Source: Patescibacteria group bacterium | GTDB lineage: Bacteria > Patescibacteriota > Minisyncoccia > Phycocordibacterales > CSBR16-119 | Length of the DNA stretch: 64,000 bases | Direction of reading: 5' to 3' | NCBI GenBank assembly: GCA_052033715.1 | Contig: JBPOJJ010000003.1 | Coordinates: forward strand, 52,383-116,382 | Part shown: piece after piece, positions 1 to 12,270 of the stretch | Layout: each line of letters starts with the position of its first letter | Position numbering within the stretch: the first letter of the stretch is position 1 | The notes under the pieces: generated by a model | The model's input: the letters and a program-made list of their open reading frames with translations, nothing else | Databases searched by the model: none | What the model was told of the DNA's origin: nothing | Position numbers and translations under genes: made by a program

Positions 1-113
1 CATATATTTTATCGCTTTTCGTTGTTAACACTGCGATCGCCGCTAGAGACAGTGTTGAGCAAATTTCAGTTACAGGATTTCATTTTAATCCTGGGCACTT
101 CGATCCGTTTTTC

Positions 114-326
114 TTGTCGACTGGCGGCCAGACTTTTGTCATTATTCTCCTTTACTTGTTCTTGTTTGTCTCCATCTCGATTGGCCGAAAAATGGTCTAT
201 GGCCGCCACGGGGTTGACTATTACACGATTCCGTTTATGATCATCTTTAATCTAATCGCGCCTTTCTGGATACTCAAAGCCTTGTATAACTCGGTTTTTG
301 TCCGAAAAGGTGTCGCCTGGAGATAA
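114..326 (+). CDS. possible small two-TM membrane protein (TTG start), abutting next gene
   Basis: ORF with two hydrophobic helices; in-frame stop at 45-47 so not a run-in gene; no homology recognised. Confidence 0.25.
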   Translation: MSTGGQTFVIILLYLFLFVSISIGRKMVYGRHGVDYYTIPFMIIFNLIAPFWILKALYNSVFVRKGVAWR

Positions 327-331
327 CCTGT

Positions 332-1084
332 ATGAGACCCAATACTGACTGGAAGAGATATTTAGTAGCATTCTTAATCACAGCCTTCTTGTTTGCGATG
401 GCCTTTTTCTTGTCGAATTTCTTCAATAACCGAAAGATCCAAGAAATCAGATCAATCCAAGACTCCATCGCTGTCGACATCCTTTCGTCAGAGACTCAAT
501 ACAATTTACTCTCGGAGCTTTCTTGTAGCAACGTTGACGATTCGCTTCTTTCTCAGGAGCTAAACGAACTTGCAGCCAAGATTGAATACGGCGAAGAGAA
601 CAGTATCGGTTCCAAAGAAGAACTTATGTCACTACGAAAATATTATTCTTTGCTCCAGATCAAGGACTATCTTCTTATGAAAAAGACTCAGGAGAAATGT
701 GATCTCAAAGTCACTTCAATAATTTATTTCTACTCGAACAAAGACGGTTGTGCTGATTGTGAAAAACAAGGCTACATCCTGACTGATATCCGTCAGAATT
801 ATCCAAATGTTCGCGTTTATGCTTTTGACTACAATCTAGATTTGTCGGCTCTCTCGGCTCTAAAATCTATCTATAAAATCCGTGAACCAGAACGCCTACC
901 CGCGCTTATCATAAACGGTAGGGTTTATTACGGTCTCCAGGAATTCGAAGATATTCAAAAAATTGCGCCAACCGTCTTTATTGTCGCAGAAGAGAATGCT
1001 TCAAGTACGAAATCGACAATCAGTCCGAAGAGCTTGAAAGCCACTGATGCGAAAGAGACCGCGACAACAACTCCAGTCAACTAA
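332..1084 (+). CDS. membrane-anchored thioredoxin-fold-like protein (CxxC) of unknown function
   Basis: N-terminal TM helix; C-terminal CADC motif within a thioredoxin/DsbA-like pattern (IIYFYSNKDGCADC...PALIINGRV). Confidence 0.5.
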   Translation: MRPNTDWKRYLVAFLITAFLFAMAFFLSNFFNNRKIQEIRSIQDSIAVDILSSETQYNLLSELSCSNVDDSLLSQELNELAAKIEYGEENSIGSKEELMSLRKYYSLLQIKDYLLMKKTQEKCDLKVTSIIYFYSNKDGCADCEKQGYILTDIRQNYPNVRVYAFDYNLDLSALSALKSIYKIREPERLPALIINGRVYYGLQEFEDIQKIAPTVFIVAEENASSTKSTISPKSLKATDAKETATTTPVN

Positions 1085-1093
1085 AACAAAAAC

Positions 1094-1447
1094 ATGAAGA
1101 AAAGTCCCGTTCTAAAAAAGGGAATGAAAAATTATCTCATCGATATCGACGGGACTATTACAGACGATGTGCCGAACGAGGAGCCGAAGCGAATGGTGAC
1201 ATGTTTGCCGTACGTTGGTGCACGTGAAGCAATCAACAAACTCTTTGATGCAGGACACAGAATTACATTTTTTACTTCACGTACTACCAAAGAACACAAA
1301 AAGATTACCATCACGTGGCTCAAGAAACACGGCTTCAAATACCATGCGCTTCTCATGGATAAACCTCGGGGAGGGAACTATCACTGGATCGATAATCATC
1401 CTGTTAAAACGACGCTTTTCAAGAAAAGCTGGAAGGGGATTAGGTAA
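1094..1447 (+). CDS. HAD-superfamily hydrolase (small, nucleotidase-like)
   Basis: HAD motif I LIDIDGTIT near the N-terminus; 117 aa. Confidence 0.6.
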   Translation: MKKSPVLKKGMKNYLIDIDGTITDDVPNEEPKRMVTCLPYVGAREAINKLFDAGHRITFFTSRTTKEHKKITITWLKKHGFKYHALLMDKPRGGNYHWIDNHPVKTTLFKKSWKGIR

Positions 1448-1449
1448 AT

Positions 1450-1478
1450 CAAAAGCCCCGCGAAGGGGCTTTTGATTT
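1450..1478. terminator. bidirectional rho-independent terminator between the HAD gene and tRNA-Thr
   Basis: aaaagccccgcgaaggggctttt perfect hairpin flanked by A-run and T-run. Confidence 0.6.
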
Positions 1479-1553
1479 TGGAGCCGGAAGAGGGACTTGA
1501 ACCCACAACCTACTGTTTACAAAACAGTTGCTCTACCGTTGAGCTATTCCGGC
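1479..1553 (-). tRNA. tRNA-Thr (anticodon UGU), 3' CCA encoded
   Basis: Reverse complement folds as a cloverleaf: acceptor GCCGGAA/TTCCGGC, anticodon stem ACTGT/ACAGT with loop TTTGTAA, T-loop GGTTCAAGTCC, terminal CCA. Confidence 0.85.
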
Positions 1554-2053
1554 TTGTCTGCCTGTGCAGGCAATTTCGACTCATCAATTGTATTCATATC
1601 TGTCGTATTGTCAACTGAAGGAGTCGATTCTTCAGCGATGCGTGGGCGAGGCAATTCTTCTTCTACGGCCCCTTTGAGTTTTTTGATTTCTTTCTTATAC
1701 GTTTTGATTGTAGTCAAGAAAATCGATTGCTTCACTTCGCCGTTTCCGTCTTTTTGCTCTTGCTTGATCATCTGCTGTTCGACGCGACGTATGCCTTTAT
1801 GAAACCATGTACCGATATGATGTGTCAGTCTGGCCCAGAATTTACTCAATACGATGGCTGTAGAATGGATGAACTCAAGCCAAAGTTTTCTAGCTTTCTC
1901 GTTCAATAATTTGAAGTTCTCATAAGACAAATCCTTCGAAGGGAAGGCGTCGTGAAGACGGTCTTCACGACGCAATCTTTTCGCCTGTGAAGCAAACATC
2001 CAAACGATGCCGATGAGTGCCAAGAAGAAAATTATAATTGAAACGTCGAACAT
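1544..2053 (-). CDS. hypothetical membrane-anchored protein downstream of tsf
   Basis: ORF trimmed to the internal Met (MFDVSIIIFF...) so it no longer overlaps tsf; single N-terminal TM; the 3' end overlaps the tRNA by ~10 nt, so the true stop and extent are uncertain. Confidence 0.4.
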   Translation of the reverse strand: MFDVSIIIFFLALIGIVWMFASQAKRLRREDRLHDAFPSKDLSYENFKLLNEKARKLWLEFIHSTAIVLSKFWARLTHHIGTWFHKGIRRVEQQMIKQEQKDGNGEVKQSIFLTTIKTYKKEIKKLKGAVEEELPRPRIAEESTPSVDNTTDMNTIDESKLPAQADKPE

Positions 2054-2054
2054 T

Positions 2055-2828
2055 TTAGATTTGTTGTATCTTGAATGATACGATTTCATTATTAGCTTCC
2101 TTCAAAAGTTGGGCGATTGTCTTTGACGGGTCTTTGATGAAAGCTTGATTCAAAAGAATCTGCTCTTTGAAGTAAGAAGCGATTTTCCCATCAAGGATCT
2201 TGGCTTTCATGTCTTCTGGTTTTCCAGCCGCTTGTTCCTCGACTTCTTTAGCAAGTACTGATTTTGCGTTTTCTTTGTCGGTATCTGGAATGTCTCCTTC
2301 TGTCATGTAAGTTGGTCGCATGGCCGTCGCGTGCATAGCAATGTCTTTCGCCAACTCAGCGTTGTTTTCTTTCAAAACAACGATTGCGGCGAAGTGTCCA
2401 TTGTGATTGTAGACACCAGTGTTTCCAGAGGATATTTCAACGACCTCGCCAAGCTTGATGTTCTCACCAACCTTTTGCATAAGTCCATTCAATCCATCAA
2501 GTTCCCCCTCGAGAGAATCTTTGCCAGAAGATAGAACTTTCTCAGCCAAAGATTTGGCCATATTTACGAAGTCATCGTTTTTGGCGACAAAGTCGGTTTC
2601 AGAGAGAAGTGTGAGCATTACCGCTTTGTCTGCATTTTGAGCGGTAACGATAATACCGGCGCCGAGTTCTCGATCAGCCTTTTTAGCTGCGACGTCACCT
2701 GATTTCTTCTTTAGAATTACGCGAGCTTTTTCTATATCGCCACCCGCTTCTTCGAGAGCTTTTTTACATTGCATGACAGAAATACCTGTCTCGTCTCGCA
2801 AAGTTTTTAATTGTTCGGTTGTAATCAT
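2055..2828 (-). CDS. tsf: elongation factor Ts
   Basis: N-terminal UBA-like TEQLKTLRDETGISVMQCKKALEEAGGDIEKA; lies downstream of rpsB. Confidence 0.9.
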   Translation of the reverse strand: MITTEQLKTLRDETGISVMQCKKALEEAGGDIEKARVILKKKSGDVAAKKADRELGAGIIVTAQNADKAVMLTLLSETDFVAKNDDFVNMAKSLAEKVLSSGKDSLEGELDGLNGLMQKVGENIKLGEVVEISSGNTGVYNHNGHFAAIVVLKENNAELAKDIAMHATAMRPTYMTEGDIPDTDKENAKSVLAKEVEEQAAGKPEDMKAKILDGKIASYFKEQILLNQAFIKDPSKTIAQLLKEANNEIVSFKIQQI

Positions 2829-2891
2829 ATTTTTGTAGATTAAAGATAAAGAACGGTTAAGATGGGCTTGGCTATTATACCAAACTTCTAT

Positions 2892-3563
2892 TTAGGCTTT
2901 GTAGGCTTCGACAATCTTGTCGACGAAGAACTGCACACTCGTTCGAGAGGCGTCATTGGCGACAATGGGGTAGTCAACCTCGCGGATATCGTTGTCAGTA
3001 TTTACCAAAGCGACAACCGGGATTTTCATCATTTTGGCTTCGGTTAGGGCAATGCGTTCCTTCTTGGCATCGACGATAAATACTGCGTCAGGCTTTCGTG
3101 TCATGGTCGAAAGACCGCCGAAATTCTTCTGCATTTTTTCAATCTGGCGAGCAAAGTCAGACTGCTCTTTCTTTGTGTATTTTGCTAGATCACCTTTTTC
3201 TTGCTTGGCTTTTAGATCTGCCAACACAAGGATTCTTTTGTTGATTTGGGAAAAGTTTGTAAGCGTTCCGCCGATCCATCGATTCTCGACATAAGGCATT
3301 TTCAAATCTTTGGCGGCCGCTTCGATTATCTTCTTGGCTTCAGGCTTTGAACTTAGGAAAAGAATTGTTTTCTTCTCCTCCGCCAAACCTTTGACGAACT
3401 TCAATGCGTTCTCGAGCATACTTGCTGTCTGAGTCACATCGATGATGTCAGAATTGTTCTTGGTGCTAAAAACGTAGCTTTTGGTTGAAGGATGTCGTTT
3501 GGTCTTTGAATATCCAAAATGTCCTCCAGCCGCTAAAATATCGTTAATTAATTTGCTTTCCAT
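2892..3563 (-). CDS. rpsB: 30S ribosomal protein S2
   Basis: Conserved S2 sequence (GGHFGYSKTKRHPSTKSYVF...NRWIGGTLTNF). Confidence 0.95.
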   Translation of the reverse strand: MESKLINDILAAGGHFGYSKTKRHPSTKSYVFSTKNNSDIIDVTQTASMLENALKFVKGLAEEKKTILFLSSKPEAKKIIEAAAKDLKMPYVENRWIGGTLTNFSQINKRILVLADLKAKQEKGDLAKYTKKEQSDFARQIEKMQKNFGGLSTMTRKPDAVFIVDAKKERIALTEAKMMKIPVVALVNTDNDIREVDYPIVANDASRTSVQFFVDKIVEAYKA

Positions 3564-3599
3564 ATAAGTGTTCCCTTATCTGCACAAAAGCCTTGTTTA

Positions 3600-3700
3600 T
3601 AATAATGGCTTTCGTTTGACCCGCGGTGACTGCCGTGGGCATCCCGAGCTTTCCCGGTAGGGAGGCCCGAAGGATTAGAACAGATAGGGATATATTACAT
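3600..3700 (-). promoter_or_regulatory. GC-rich structured element in the rpsB 5' region (candidate leader or small RNA)
   Basis: ~60% GC block in AT-rich spacer; several short hairpins (ccgcgg-tgactg-ccgtgg; atcc...ggat). Confidence 0.3.
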
Positions 3701-3721
3701 GAAAAAGGGGGTTAGTCAACG

Positions 3722-3758
3722 CCCAAAAAGCGAAGACCCCGGAACAAGTTCCGGGGTC
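3722..3758 (-). terminator. rho-independent terminator of the 3780-4157 gene
   Basis: gaccccggaac-aa-gttccggggtc 11 bp perfect stem followed by a T-run on the minus strand. Confidence 0.6.
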
Positions 3759-3779
3759 GCGCGATGCGTGGTTTGGGCG

Positions 3780-4157
3780 CTAGGAGACTAGTCGTTTCCA
3801 AAGCCCTTCGTGAAAGATGAAGGTTGCCTTCCCGTTACGACCGGCGATTTTGCTGGTGTAGTTCACAACAAGCTCGTTGCCAAGGAGCTCTATGTTCAGG
3901 ATGCTGCGAGCTTGTCCCCACATGTATTCACCAAGTGGCAGTTCTTTCTTCTGGCCGTCGGTGTCGAGGTAAAATACACGATCGAAAGGATCCCTGTTGG
4001 CGCCGGCGTAATCGACGCTGTGGTAGGAGGTTTCGATCGTGAACCCCAGGTCTCCAACACGTATGTTCTTGGTGGTGACTTGGCTTTGGCAACACGCCTG
4101 AGCATTGATGTTCAGGGAAACGGCGATGAACGCCAGGAAGGTGACGATGGTTCTCAT
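3780..4157 (-). CDS. small secreted hypothetical protein (GC-rich orphan)
   Basis: Signal peptide MRTIVTFLAFIAVSLNINAQA; ~52% GC versus ~40% background; own terminator. Confidence 0.55.
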   Translation of the reverse strand: MRTIVTFLAFIAVSLNINAQACCQSQVTTKNIRVGDLGFTIETSYHSVDYAGANRDPFDRVFYLDTDGQKKELPLGEYMWGQARSILNIELLGNELVVNYTSKIAGRNGKATFIFHEGLWKRLVS

Positions 4158-4243
4158 GGATCAGGGTTTGGGTATATAGTACCATATTCAGGTACTATTG
4201 TCAAGCATAGTAAAAACCCCTAATTTCCAGTAATATAGAGCCC

Positions 4244-5500
4244 ATGAGACAAACAAAACTATTTACCAAGACCCGCAAAGAGGCCCCAGCGGATGAGACT
4301 TCAAAGAATGCCGAACTTTTGATCCGCGCTGGTTTCGTGCACAAAGAGATGGCTGGGGCCTATTCATATTTACCGCTTGGTCTCAGGGTTCTCAAAAATA
4401 TAGAAAAAATAATCCGCGAAGAAATGGATGCGATCGGCGGACAAGAACTTATCATGACAGCTTTGCAGAGGAAAGACGTTTGGGAAAAAGTTGGCCGATG
4501 GGACGATAATCTCGTCGATGTGTGGTTCAAAACGAAATTAAAAGATGGCGCTGATTTGGGTCTCGGCTTTACTCATGATGAGCAGGTTGTAAATCTGCTG
4601 ACTGAATATGTAAATTCGTATAAAGATTTGCCTCTATACGTCTATCAGATCCAGACAAAGTTTCGAAACGAACTTCGTGCCAAATCAGGCGTTATGCGCG
4701 GTCGCGAGTTTGTGATGAAAGATTTGTATTCTTTTGATACGAGCGAGGAGGCGCAGGACATGTTCTACGAAAAAGTAAAAAAAGCCTACATGAAAATCTA
4801 TTCCCGTTGCGGGATTGGCCACAAGACTTACATCACTCTTGCGACTGGCGGAACTTTTTCGCAATACTCTCATGAATTCCAAACCATATCTGAAGCCGGC
4901 GAGGACGTTATATTCTTGGACGAAGAAAAAAATATAGCAGTCAATCAGGAAATCACCACGGACGAGGAGCTTGCGAAGCTCGGTATCGAGAAAAAGAACT
5001 TGGTTGAACACAAATCCGTTGAGGTTGGAAACATATTCAAGCAGGGCACAAAATTTACAGATCCTTTTGATCTGAAATACAAAGACAGCGACGGAGAAAT
5101 AAAATCTATTTACATGGGAGGTTATGGTATTGGTGTTACGCGCTTGATTGGCGTTATCGCCGAAGTTTTATCAGACGACAAAGGAATGATCTGGCCAAAG
5201 GAAATCGCGCCGTTTGCTGTGCATTTGATTGCGGCTGGAAATGATGAAAACGTTTTAAAGACCGCCGAAGAAATTTACACTAATCTGACGAATGCTGGAA
5301 TCGAAGTTCTGTTTGACGATCGTGACACGGGCGCAGGAGAGAAATTCAATGACTCGGATTTAATCGGCATCCCCGTCCGCGTTGTTGTCGGAAAGAGATC
5401 TCTAGAAGCTGGCGAAGTCGAGATTAAAGAACGCCGTGATGAGAAGACGAAGATGGTCAAGATCGAAAGTATTGTAGAAGAATTAAAAAATTATGTTTGA
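4244..5500 (+). CDS. proS: prolyl-tRNA synthetase (short bacterial form without editing insertion)
   Basis: Class II aaRS ProRS motifs (YSYLPLGLRVLKNIEKIIREEMDAIGGQE...FRNELRAKSGVMRGREF). Confidence 0.9.
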   Translation: MRQTKLFTKTRKEAPADETSKNAELLIRAGFVHKEMAGAYSYLPLGLRVLKNIEKIIREEMDAIGGQELIMTALQRKDVWEKVGRWDDNLVDVWFKTKLKDGADLGLGFTHDEQVVNLLTEYVNSYKDLPLYVYQIQTKFRNELRAKSGVMRGREFVMKDLYSFDTSEEAQDMFYEKVKKAYMKIYSRCGIGHKTYITLATGGTFSQYSHEFQTISEAGEDVIFLDEEKNIAVNQEITTDEELAKLGIEKKNLVEHKSVEVGNIFKQGTKFTDPFDLKYKDSDGEIKSIYMGGYGIGVTRLIGVIAEVLSDDKGMIWPKEIAPFAVHLIAAGNDENVLKTAEEIYTNLTNAGIEVLFDDRDTGAGEKFNDSDLIGIPVRVVVGKRSLEAGEVEIKERRDEKTKMVKIESIVEELKNYV

Positions 5501-6522
5501 AAGATTCTATAAATTATTTTCAAATGACATCGGGATAGACTTGGGTACTGCAAATACCCTTGTTTACTTGAAGGGCAAAGGCATCGTCATCTCCGAGCCG
5601 TCGGTTGTCGCCGTGAACAAGAAAACAGGAACGATTGTCGCTGTCGGTGGCGAAGCTAAACAAATGCTCGGTCGAACCCCTCCGCATATAAAAGCCGTCC
5701 GTCCGCTTGTCGATGGTGTTATTTCTGATTACGAAGTTACCGAAGAAATGCTCGGCTATCTCATCAACAAGATTGAGAAAATGTCACCGAAGTTTTTCCG
5801 TCCGCGTGTGGTCATCGGCGTGCCATCAGCCATTACCTCCGTCGAAACACGCGCTGTTTATGACGCAGCCAAATCTGCTGGCGCGCGCGAAGTTTACATC
5901 GTCGAAGAGCCAACGGCCGCAGCGGTTGGCATCCGACTTCCAATTCACGACCCAGTCGGTTCGATGATTGTCGACATTGGCGGAGGCACAACTGACATTG
6001 CCGTCATTTCGCTCGGTGGAATCGTTCAATCAAAAAATCTCACCATCGCTGGCGATAAACTAAACACCGACATCATGTCTTACTTCAAAGACCAATTTAA
6101 ACTTTTGATCGGCGAGAAAACGGCCGAAAATATCAAGATCGCGATTGGTTCAGCGATTCCGTTTGGCGACACTGTCGAGATAGAAGTTAGAGGAAGGGAT
6201 TTGGTCACCGGACTCCCGCGAGAAGTTTTGGTCAACGACGACGATATTCGCGAAGCTATGGCTACGTCCATCAATTCTCTTGTTGAAGGTATTCGTGAAG
6301 TTTTAGAAAATACTCCACCGGAAATTCTGGCCGACATCATGCATCGTGGAATCGTCCTTGTGGGTGGTGGGGCAATGATAAAAGGTCTCGACAAGCTTCT
6401 TCATCAGAAAGTCAAAATGCCGATTCACATTGCCGAAGATCCGATTACGGCTGTGGCGCGTGGTACTGGTGTTGTTCTAGAAAATTTGGAAAAATACAAA
6501 GACATTCTAATTGATACTCAGT

Positions 6523-6542
<20 letters not shown>
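5493..6542 (+). CDS. mreB: rod shape-determining protein MreB
   Basis: Actin-like GIDLGTANTLVY...DIGGGTTDIAV. Confidence 0.95.
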
Positions 6543-8512
<1,970 letters not shown>

Positions 8513-8513
8513 T

Positions 8514-8813
8514 ATGCAAAGACCAGAACCGGGATTTTATTATCACTACAAACATAACCCCGAAGATATTTTTGATCATGCGTATGAAATCGTAAATATT
8601 TCTAGACACACCGAAACCGAAGAATACTTGGTGGTCTATAGACCATTCTATAAATCAGATTTTCTAGAACACGCCGATGCGAGCGCGAGACCTATTGATA
8701 TGTTTGTTGATATGGTGACCAAAGACGGCAAAACTTTTCCAAGATTTCAGAAAATCACCGATCCGGAAATAATCAAAAAGTTGGAGCAAAAAAGAGACGA
8801 GATGTATTCTTGA
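8514..8813 (+). CDS. DUF1653-family protein
   Basis: YYHYKHN...EIVNISRHTETEEYLVVYRPFY...RPIDMFV pattern typical of DUF1653; start trimmed to the Met after the tgt stop. Confidence 0.6.
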   Translation: MQRPEPGFYYHYKHNPEDIFDHAYEIVNISRHTETEEYLVVYRPFYKSDFLEHADASARPIDMFVDMVTKDGKTFPRFQKITDPEIIKKLEQKRDEMYS

Positions 8814-8937
8814 TACTCAAGGTCGAACCTCGGTTAAACACGTAATTTAAAAACATATGTTCAAAAAGTACGTGAAGTGAGATATTTAAAACAGATGAAG
8901 CCCCGTGAGGGGGCTCCGTCGTTCTGTCGAGTTGTTT

Positions 8938-9276
8938 TTAATCCCTCGTCTTGTTGTGTTTTTGCATTTGGTTTATGGTGTATACACCATTTGTCCAAAA
9001 GCAACCCTGTATGAAGATCAGGCCACCAGCGAGATCTTCCACTTTCACATTCTCGGCTTGTTTTCGCATGGCCCGTATCACTTGGAGGCAGTGACCCAAG
9101 ACAAGGTTCCTGCTTTCCATACGATGTATGGTGCGGCTCAAGCTTACTTCCATTGGTGTACGATGACCAAGCCTCGCAAGCCTCTTTTCGTAGGTGTCGA
9201 GCAGCTCAAGGAATTGTTGCTTCTCCATGATGTCCGTGTTTTCCGCCATACTAAAACTAATCCGGAAAGTTGTCAA
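8938..9276 (-). CDS. hypothetical protein (mildly GC-rich orphan; likely starts at internal MAEN/MEKQ)
   Basis: Helical-looking ORF; TTGACA-17-TAGTAT promoter-like element immediately upstream of the internal ATG; hairpin plus T-run downstream; competing + strand ORF judged less plausible. Confidence 0.35.
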   Translation of the reverse strand: MTTFRISFSMAENTDIMEKQQFLELLDTYEKRLARLGHRTPMEVSLSRTIHRMESRNLVLGHCLQVIRAMRKQAENVKVEDLAGGLIFIQGCFWTNGVYTINQMQKHNKTRD

Positions 9277-9390
9277 TCTTGGTCGAAAACAATATAATCA
9301 TCACGTGTCATTTAATCTCAAATCCGCCCCAGTCAGAAATCACGGACTTTAGAAAGTCCTATTTCTAACGGGGTAAAAATACAAGCCAGT

Positions 9391-11430
9391 ATGCCAAAAT
9401 TCAAACTTCAAAGTGAATACGTTCCTGCGGGAGATCAACCACGAGCAATTTCGGGGCTTTTGGATGGGCTTAAAAAAGGCTTCAAGAAACAGACGCTTCT
9501 AGGGGTTACAGGCTCTGGCAAGACTTTTACAGCGGCTAACGTCATTCAAAAAATCGGTAAACCAACTCTCGTGATCGCTCACAACAAAACTCTAGCGGCG
9601 CAGTTGGCGCAGGAGTTCAAAGAATTTTTCCCTGACAACGCCGTGCATTATTTCGTTTCGTACTACGACTACTATCAGCCGGAAGCCTACATTCCGCACT
9701 CGGATACGTACATTGAAAAAGACGCGAGCATTAACGAAGAAATCGACAGGCTTCGCCACGCCTCGACCCAATCATTACTCACACGAAATGACGTCATCAT
9801 AGTGGCGTCGGTATCGTGCATTTACGGTCTCGGATCTCCAGAAGAATACAAGACCAGCAACATGCTCATCAAAGTCGGTGACAAGCTCGGCCGAACTGAG
9901 ATTATGAAACGTCTTGTCGCTATTCACTATGAACGCACCAATGCCGATCTCAATTCTGGCGATTTTCGAAGCATCGGATCAAGCATGGTAGAAGTAATGC
10001 CAATATCAGAAAATTATGTGTATCGACTCGTGCTCGAGGGCGACATTATCAAAGAAATTTTGCTCATCGATCCAGTTAGTTCAAAAATTCTCGAGAAGCC
10101 GGCCCAAGTTTTCATCTTTCCAGCGAAACATTTCCTCACTGATGGCGCAAAGAAAGAAGCGGCAATCAAATCAATCAAAGCTGAACTGAAAGTTCAGTTG
10201 GCAAAATTAGAAAAAGCCGGACTTGTTCTCGAAGCCGAACGTCTGAAACGCCGAACGAATTATGACTTGGCTATGATCAAGGAAGTCGGATATTGCTCTG
10301 GTATTGAAAATTATTCCCGACATTTATCAGGCAAACTTCCGGGTGATCCGCCAGAAACATTACTTTCATATTTCCCACACGATAAAAAGGGCAATCCAGA
10401 ATTCCTGACCATTATCGACGAGTCGCACGTAACTCTGCCACAGCTTCGCGGGATGTACGCCGGAGATGCGTCGCGCAAAGAAACGCTCGTCAAATATGGT
10501 TTCCGACTGCCTAGCGCCAAAGACAACCGTCCTTTGCGTTATGAAGAATTCGAAGAACGCATTGGCCAAGTTATTTACACGTCGGCGACACCGAGCGAAT
10601 ATGAACTTACAAATAGTGAAAACGTGGCTGAACAGATCGTCCGTCCGACGGGACTCGTTGACCCGAAACTCGAAGTCAGATCCATCCTTGAAAACTTGGA
10701 TGCGGATTTCCCGGGTCAGGTGCAAGATTTTATAAACGAAGCTGAAAAAGAAATTGCCAAGGGTGGGAGAGTGCTCGCGACAACATTGACCAAGAAAATG
10801 GCCGAAGATCTGGCGTCGTATCTGAAAGAGCGCAAAATCAAATCCGAATACATTCACAGTGATATCAAAACAATCGAACGAATTAAAATTCTGACACAGT
10901 TTCGCAAAGGTGAATTTGATATTCTCGTCGGCGTAAACTTGCTTCGCGAGGGACTTGATCTGCCTGAAGTGTCACTCATCGGAATTCTCGATGCGGACAA
11001 AGAAGGATTTTTGCGCTCGGAAACTTCGCTTATCCAGACGATTGGACGCGCAGCGCGAAATGTCGATGGGCGAGTAATTCTCTACGCTGACAACATCACC
11101 GGTTCGATGGAGCGCGCAATGGGTGAGACGAATCGTCGTCGTGAAAAACAAGTTGCGTACAATCTAGCGAATGGCATCACGCCAAAATCAATCAAGAAAA
11201 AGATTCAGGACATTACCGAGCTTATGGATTCGGAACATGACAAAGCTGTGGCGCGGGAACTCGAAGTTGATTCAGCGGTGTTTAAAATTTCTGATCCGAA
11301 AAAACGTCGTTCGCAAATAAACAAACTTATAACATTGAAAAAAAGAGAAATGAATGAAGCGGTCAAAGAACTAGACTTTGAAACTGCGGCGATACTACGT
11401 GATGAAATAAAAGTTTTGGAAAATAAGTAA
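9391..11430 (+). CDS. uvrB: excinuclease ABC subunit B
   Basis: Helicase motifs GVTGSGKTF, beta-hairpin YYDYYQPEAY, C-terminal UVR domain. Confidence 0.95.
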   Translation: MPKFKLQSEYVPAGDQPRAISGLLDGLKKGFKKQTLLGVTGSGKTFTAANVIQKIGKPTLVIAHNKTLAAQLAQEFKEFFPDNAVHYFVSYYDYYQPEAYIPHSDTYIEKDASINEEIDRLRHASTQSLLTRNDVIIVASVSCIYGLGSPEEYKTSNMLIKVGDKLGRTEIMKRLVAIHYERTNADLNSGDFRSIGSSMVEVMPISENYVYRLVLEGDIIKEILLIDPVSSKILEKPAQVFIFPAKHFLTDGAKKEAAIKSIKAELKVQLAKLEKAGLVLEAERLKRRTNYDLAMIKEVGYCSGIENYSRHLSGKLPGDPPETLLSYFPHDKKGNPEFLTIIDESHVTLPQLRGMYAGDASRKETLVKYGFRLPSAKDNRPLRYEEFEERIGQVIYTSATPSEYELTNSENVAEQIVRPTGLVDPKLEVRSILENLDADFPGQVQDFINEAEKEIAKGGRVLATTLTKKMAEDLASYLKERKIKSEYIHSDIKTIERIKILTQFRKGEFDILVGVNLLREGLDLPEVSLIGILDADKEGFLRSETSLIQTIGRAARNVDGRVILYADNITGSMERAMGETNRRREKQVAYNLANGITPKSIKKKIQDITELMDSEHDKAVARELEVDSAVFKISDPKKRRSQINKLITLKKREMNEAVKELDFETAAILRDEIKVLENK

Positions 11431-12015
11431 AAAAAGAGGGCCGCCATTCTGGCGACCCCCTAGACGATGATCAACATTCCCTCCCAGGAATTGGTCTCAA
11501 AGACCAGTTGAACATCGGACAATTTTTCTGCCGTCCCGCGTTATGCTAGGCGGCCTGTGCTTCTCCGTCTGAAGATTCTCCCGAATCCTTTTGCCAGACG
11601 TTCACGTGGCATTCCTTTTCCGCTCGGAACCATGCTGATGCCAAAGGCAGCAACAATAACGCTTATGAAAGGTATGTATTCCATTAGCGGTTCCAGAGTT
11701 TTACTGGTTCACCATTTTGGCCTCCGCTGCGGAGTGCCCACACTACTATGGATGGCGCTACGCCAAAACATAGTACATAAAACGCTATTGTCAGTAACAT
11801 ACGGTTTTTTACGTGTTGTTGCATGTTTTGTGAGCCCGTTTGTTTTAAATGGTCGGTACCCTATGCCATTTCAACAATACTTCAAAGAACGAGTCCATAG
11901 AGTAAACCAGATTACAACTTTTGTCAAATTGGGGATTATCGACTCAGAATCATAAGATTTTGTATGTTTGACAGCATTGTCTGCAAAAAGTAGTATTGGC
12001 ACAAAAGACGAAGTC

Positions 12016-12270
12016 ATGACAACCAGAACAATACCAACAGCAGAACAGTGGGCCAAGGGAGCCCGCTTTTCTCCCGAAGGGTGTCCAAACCCCGATTCGC
12101 CCAAGAAAGGTGAGACTTACGCCGAGTATCGTGCCCGCGTCGATAAGTACGTGGAGGAAACGAGTTTCGACATTGGAGACCTCGGAAAACATGAATGGGA
12201 GGTCTATTGCATGGGCAGCGGACATTTCGAAGGTGTCAATTCGAATGATCTGATCTACCCCAAGAGGTAG
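12016..12270 (+). CDS. small hypothetical protein in the uvrB-uvrA spacer
   Basis: Balanced composition ORF (…EQWAKGARFSPEGCPNPDSPKKGETYAEYRARVDKY…); no homology recognised. Confidence 0.3.
   Translation: MTTRTIPTAEQWAKGARFSPEGCPNPDSPKKGETYAEYRARVDKYVEETSFDIGDLGKHEWEVYCMGSGHFEGVNSNDLIYPKR

Noticed and set aside
1544-2089. Full-length 181-aa ORF as annotated in the track
   Set aside because: Its first 12 codons overlap the tsf stop, so it was trimmed to the internal Met at 2053; its 3' end overlaps tRNA-Thr by ~10 nt and is uncertain.
8905-9297. + strand 130-aa ORF overlapping the 8938-9276 minus ORF
   Set aside because: The minus-strand frame has a promoter-like element and downstream hairpin and more protein-like composition; only one of the two can be real and neither has homology support.
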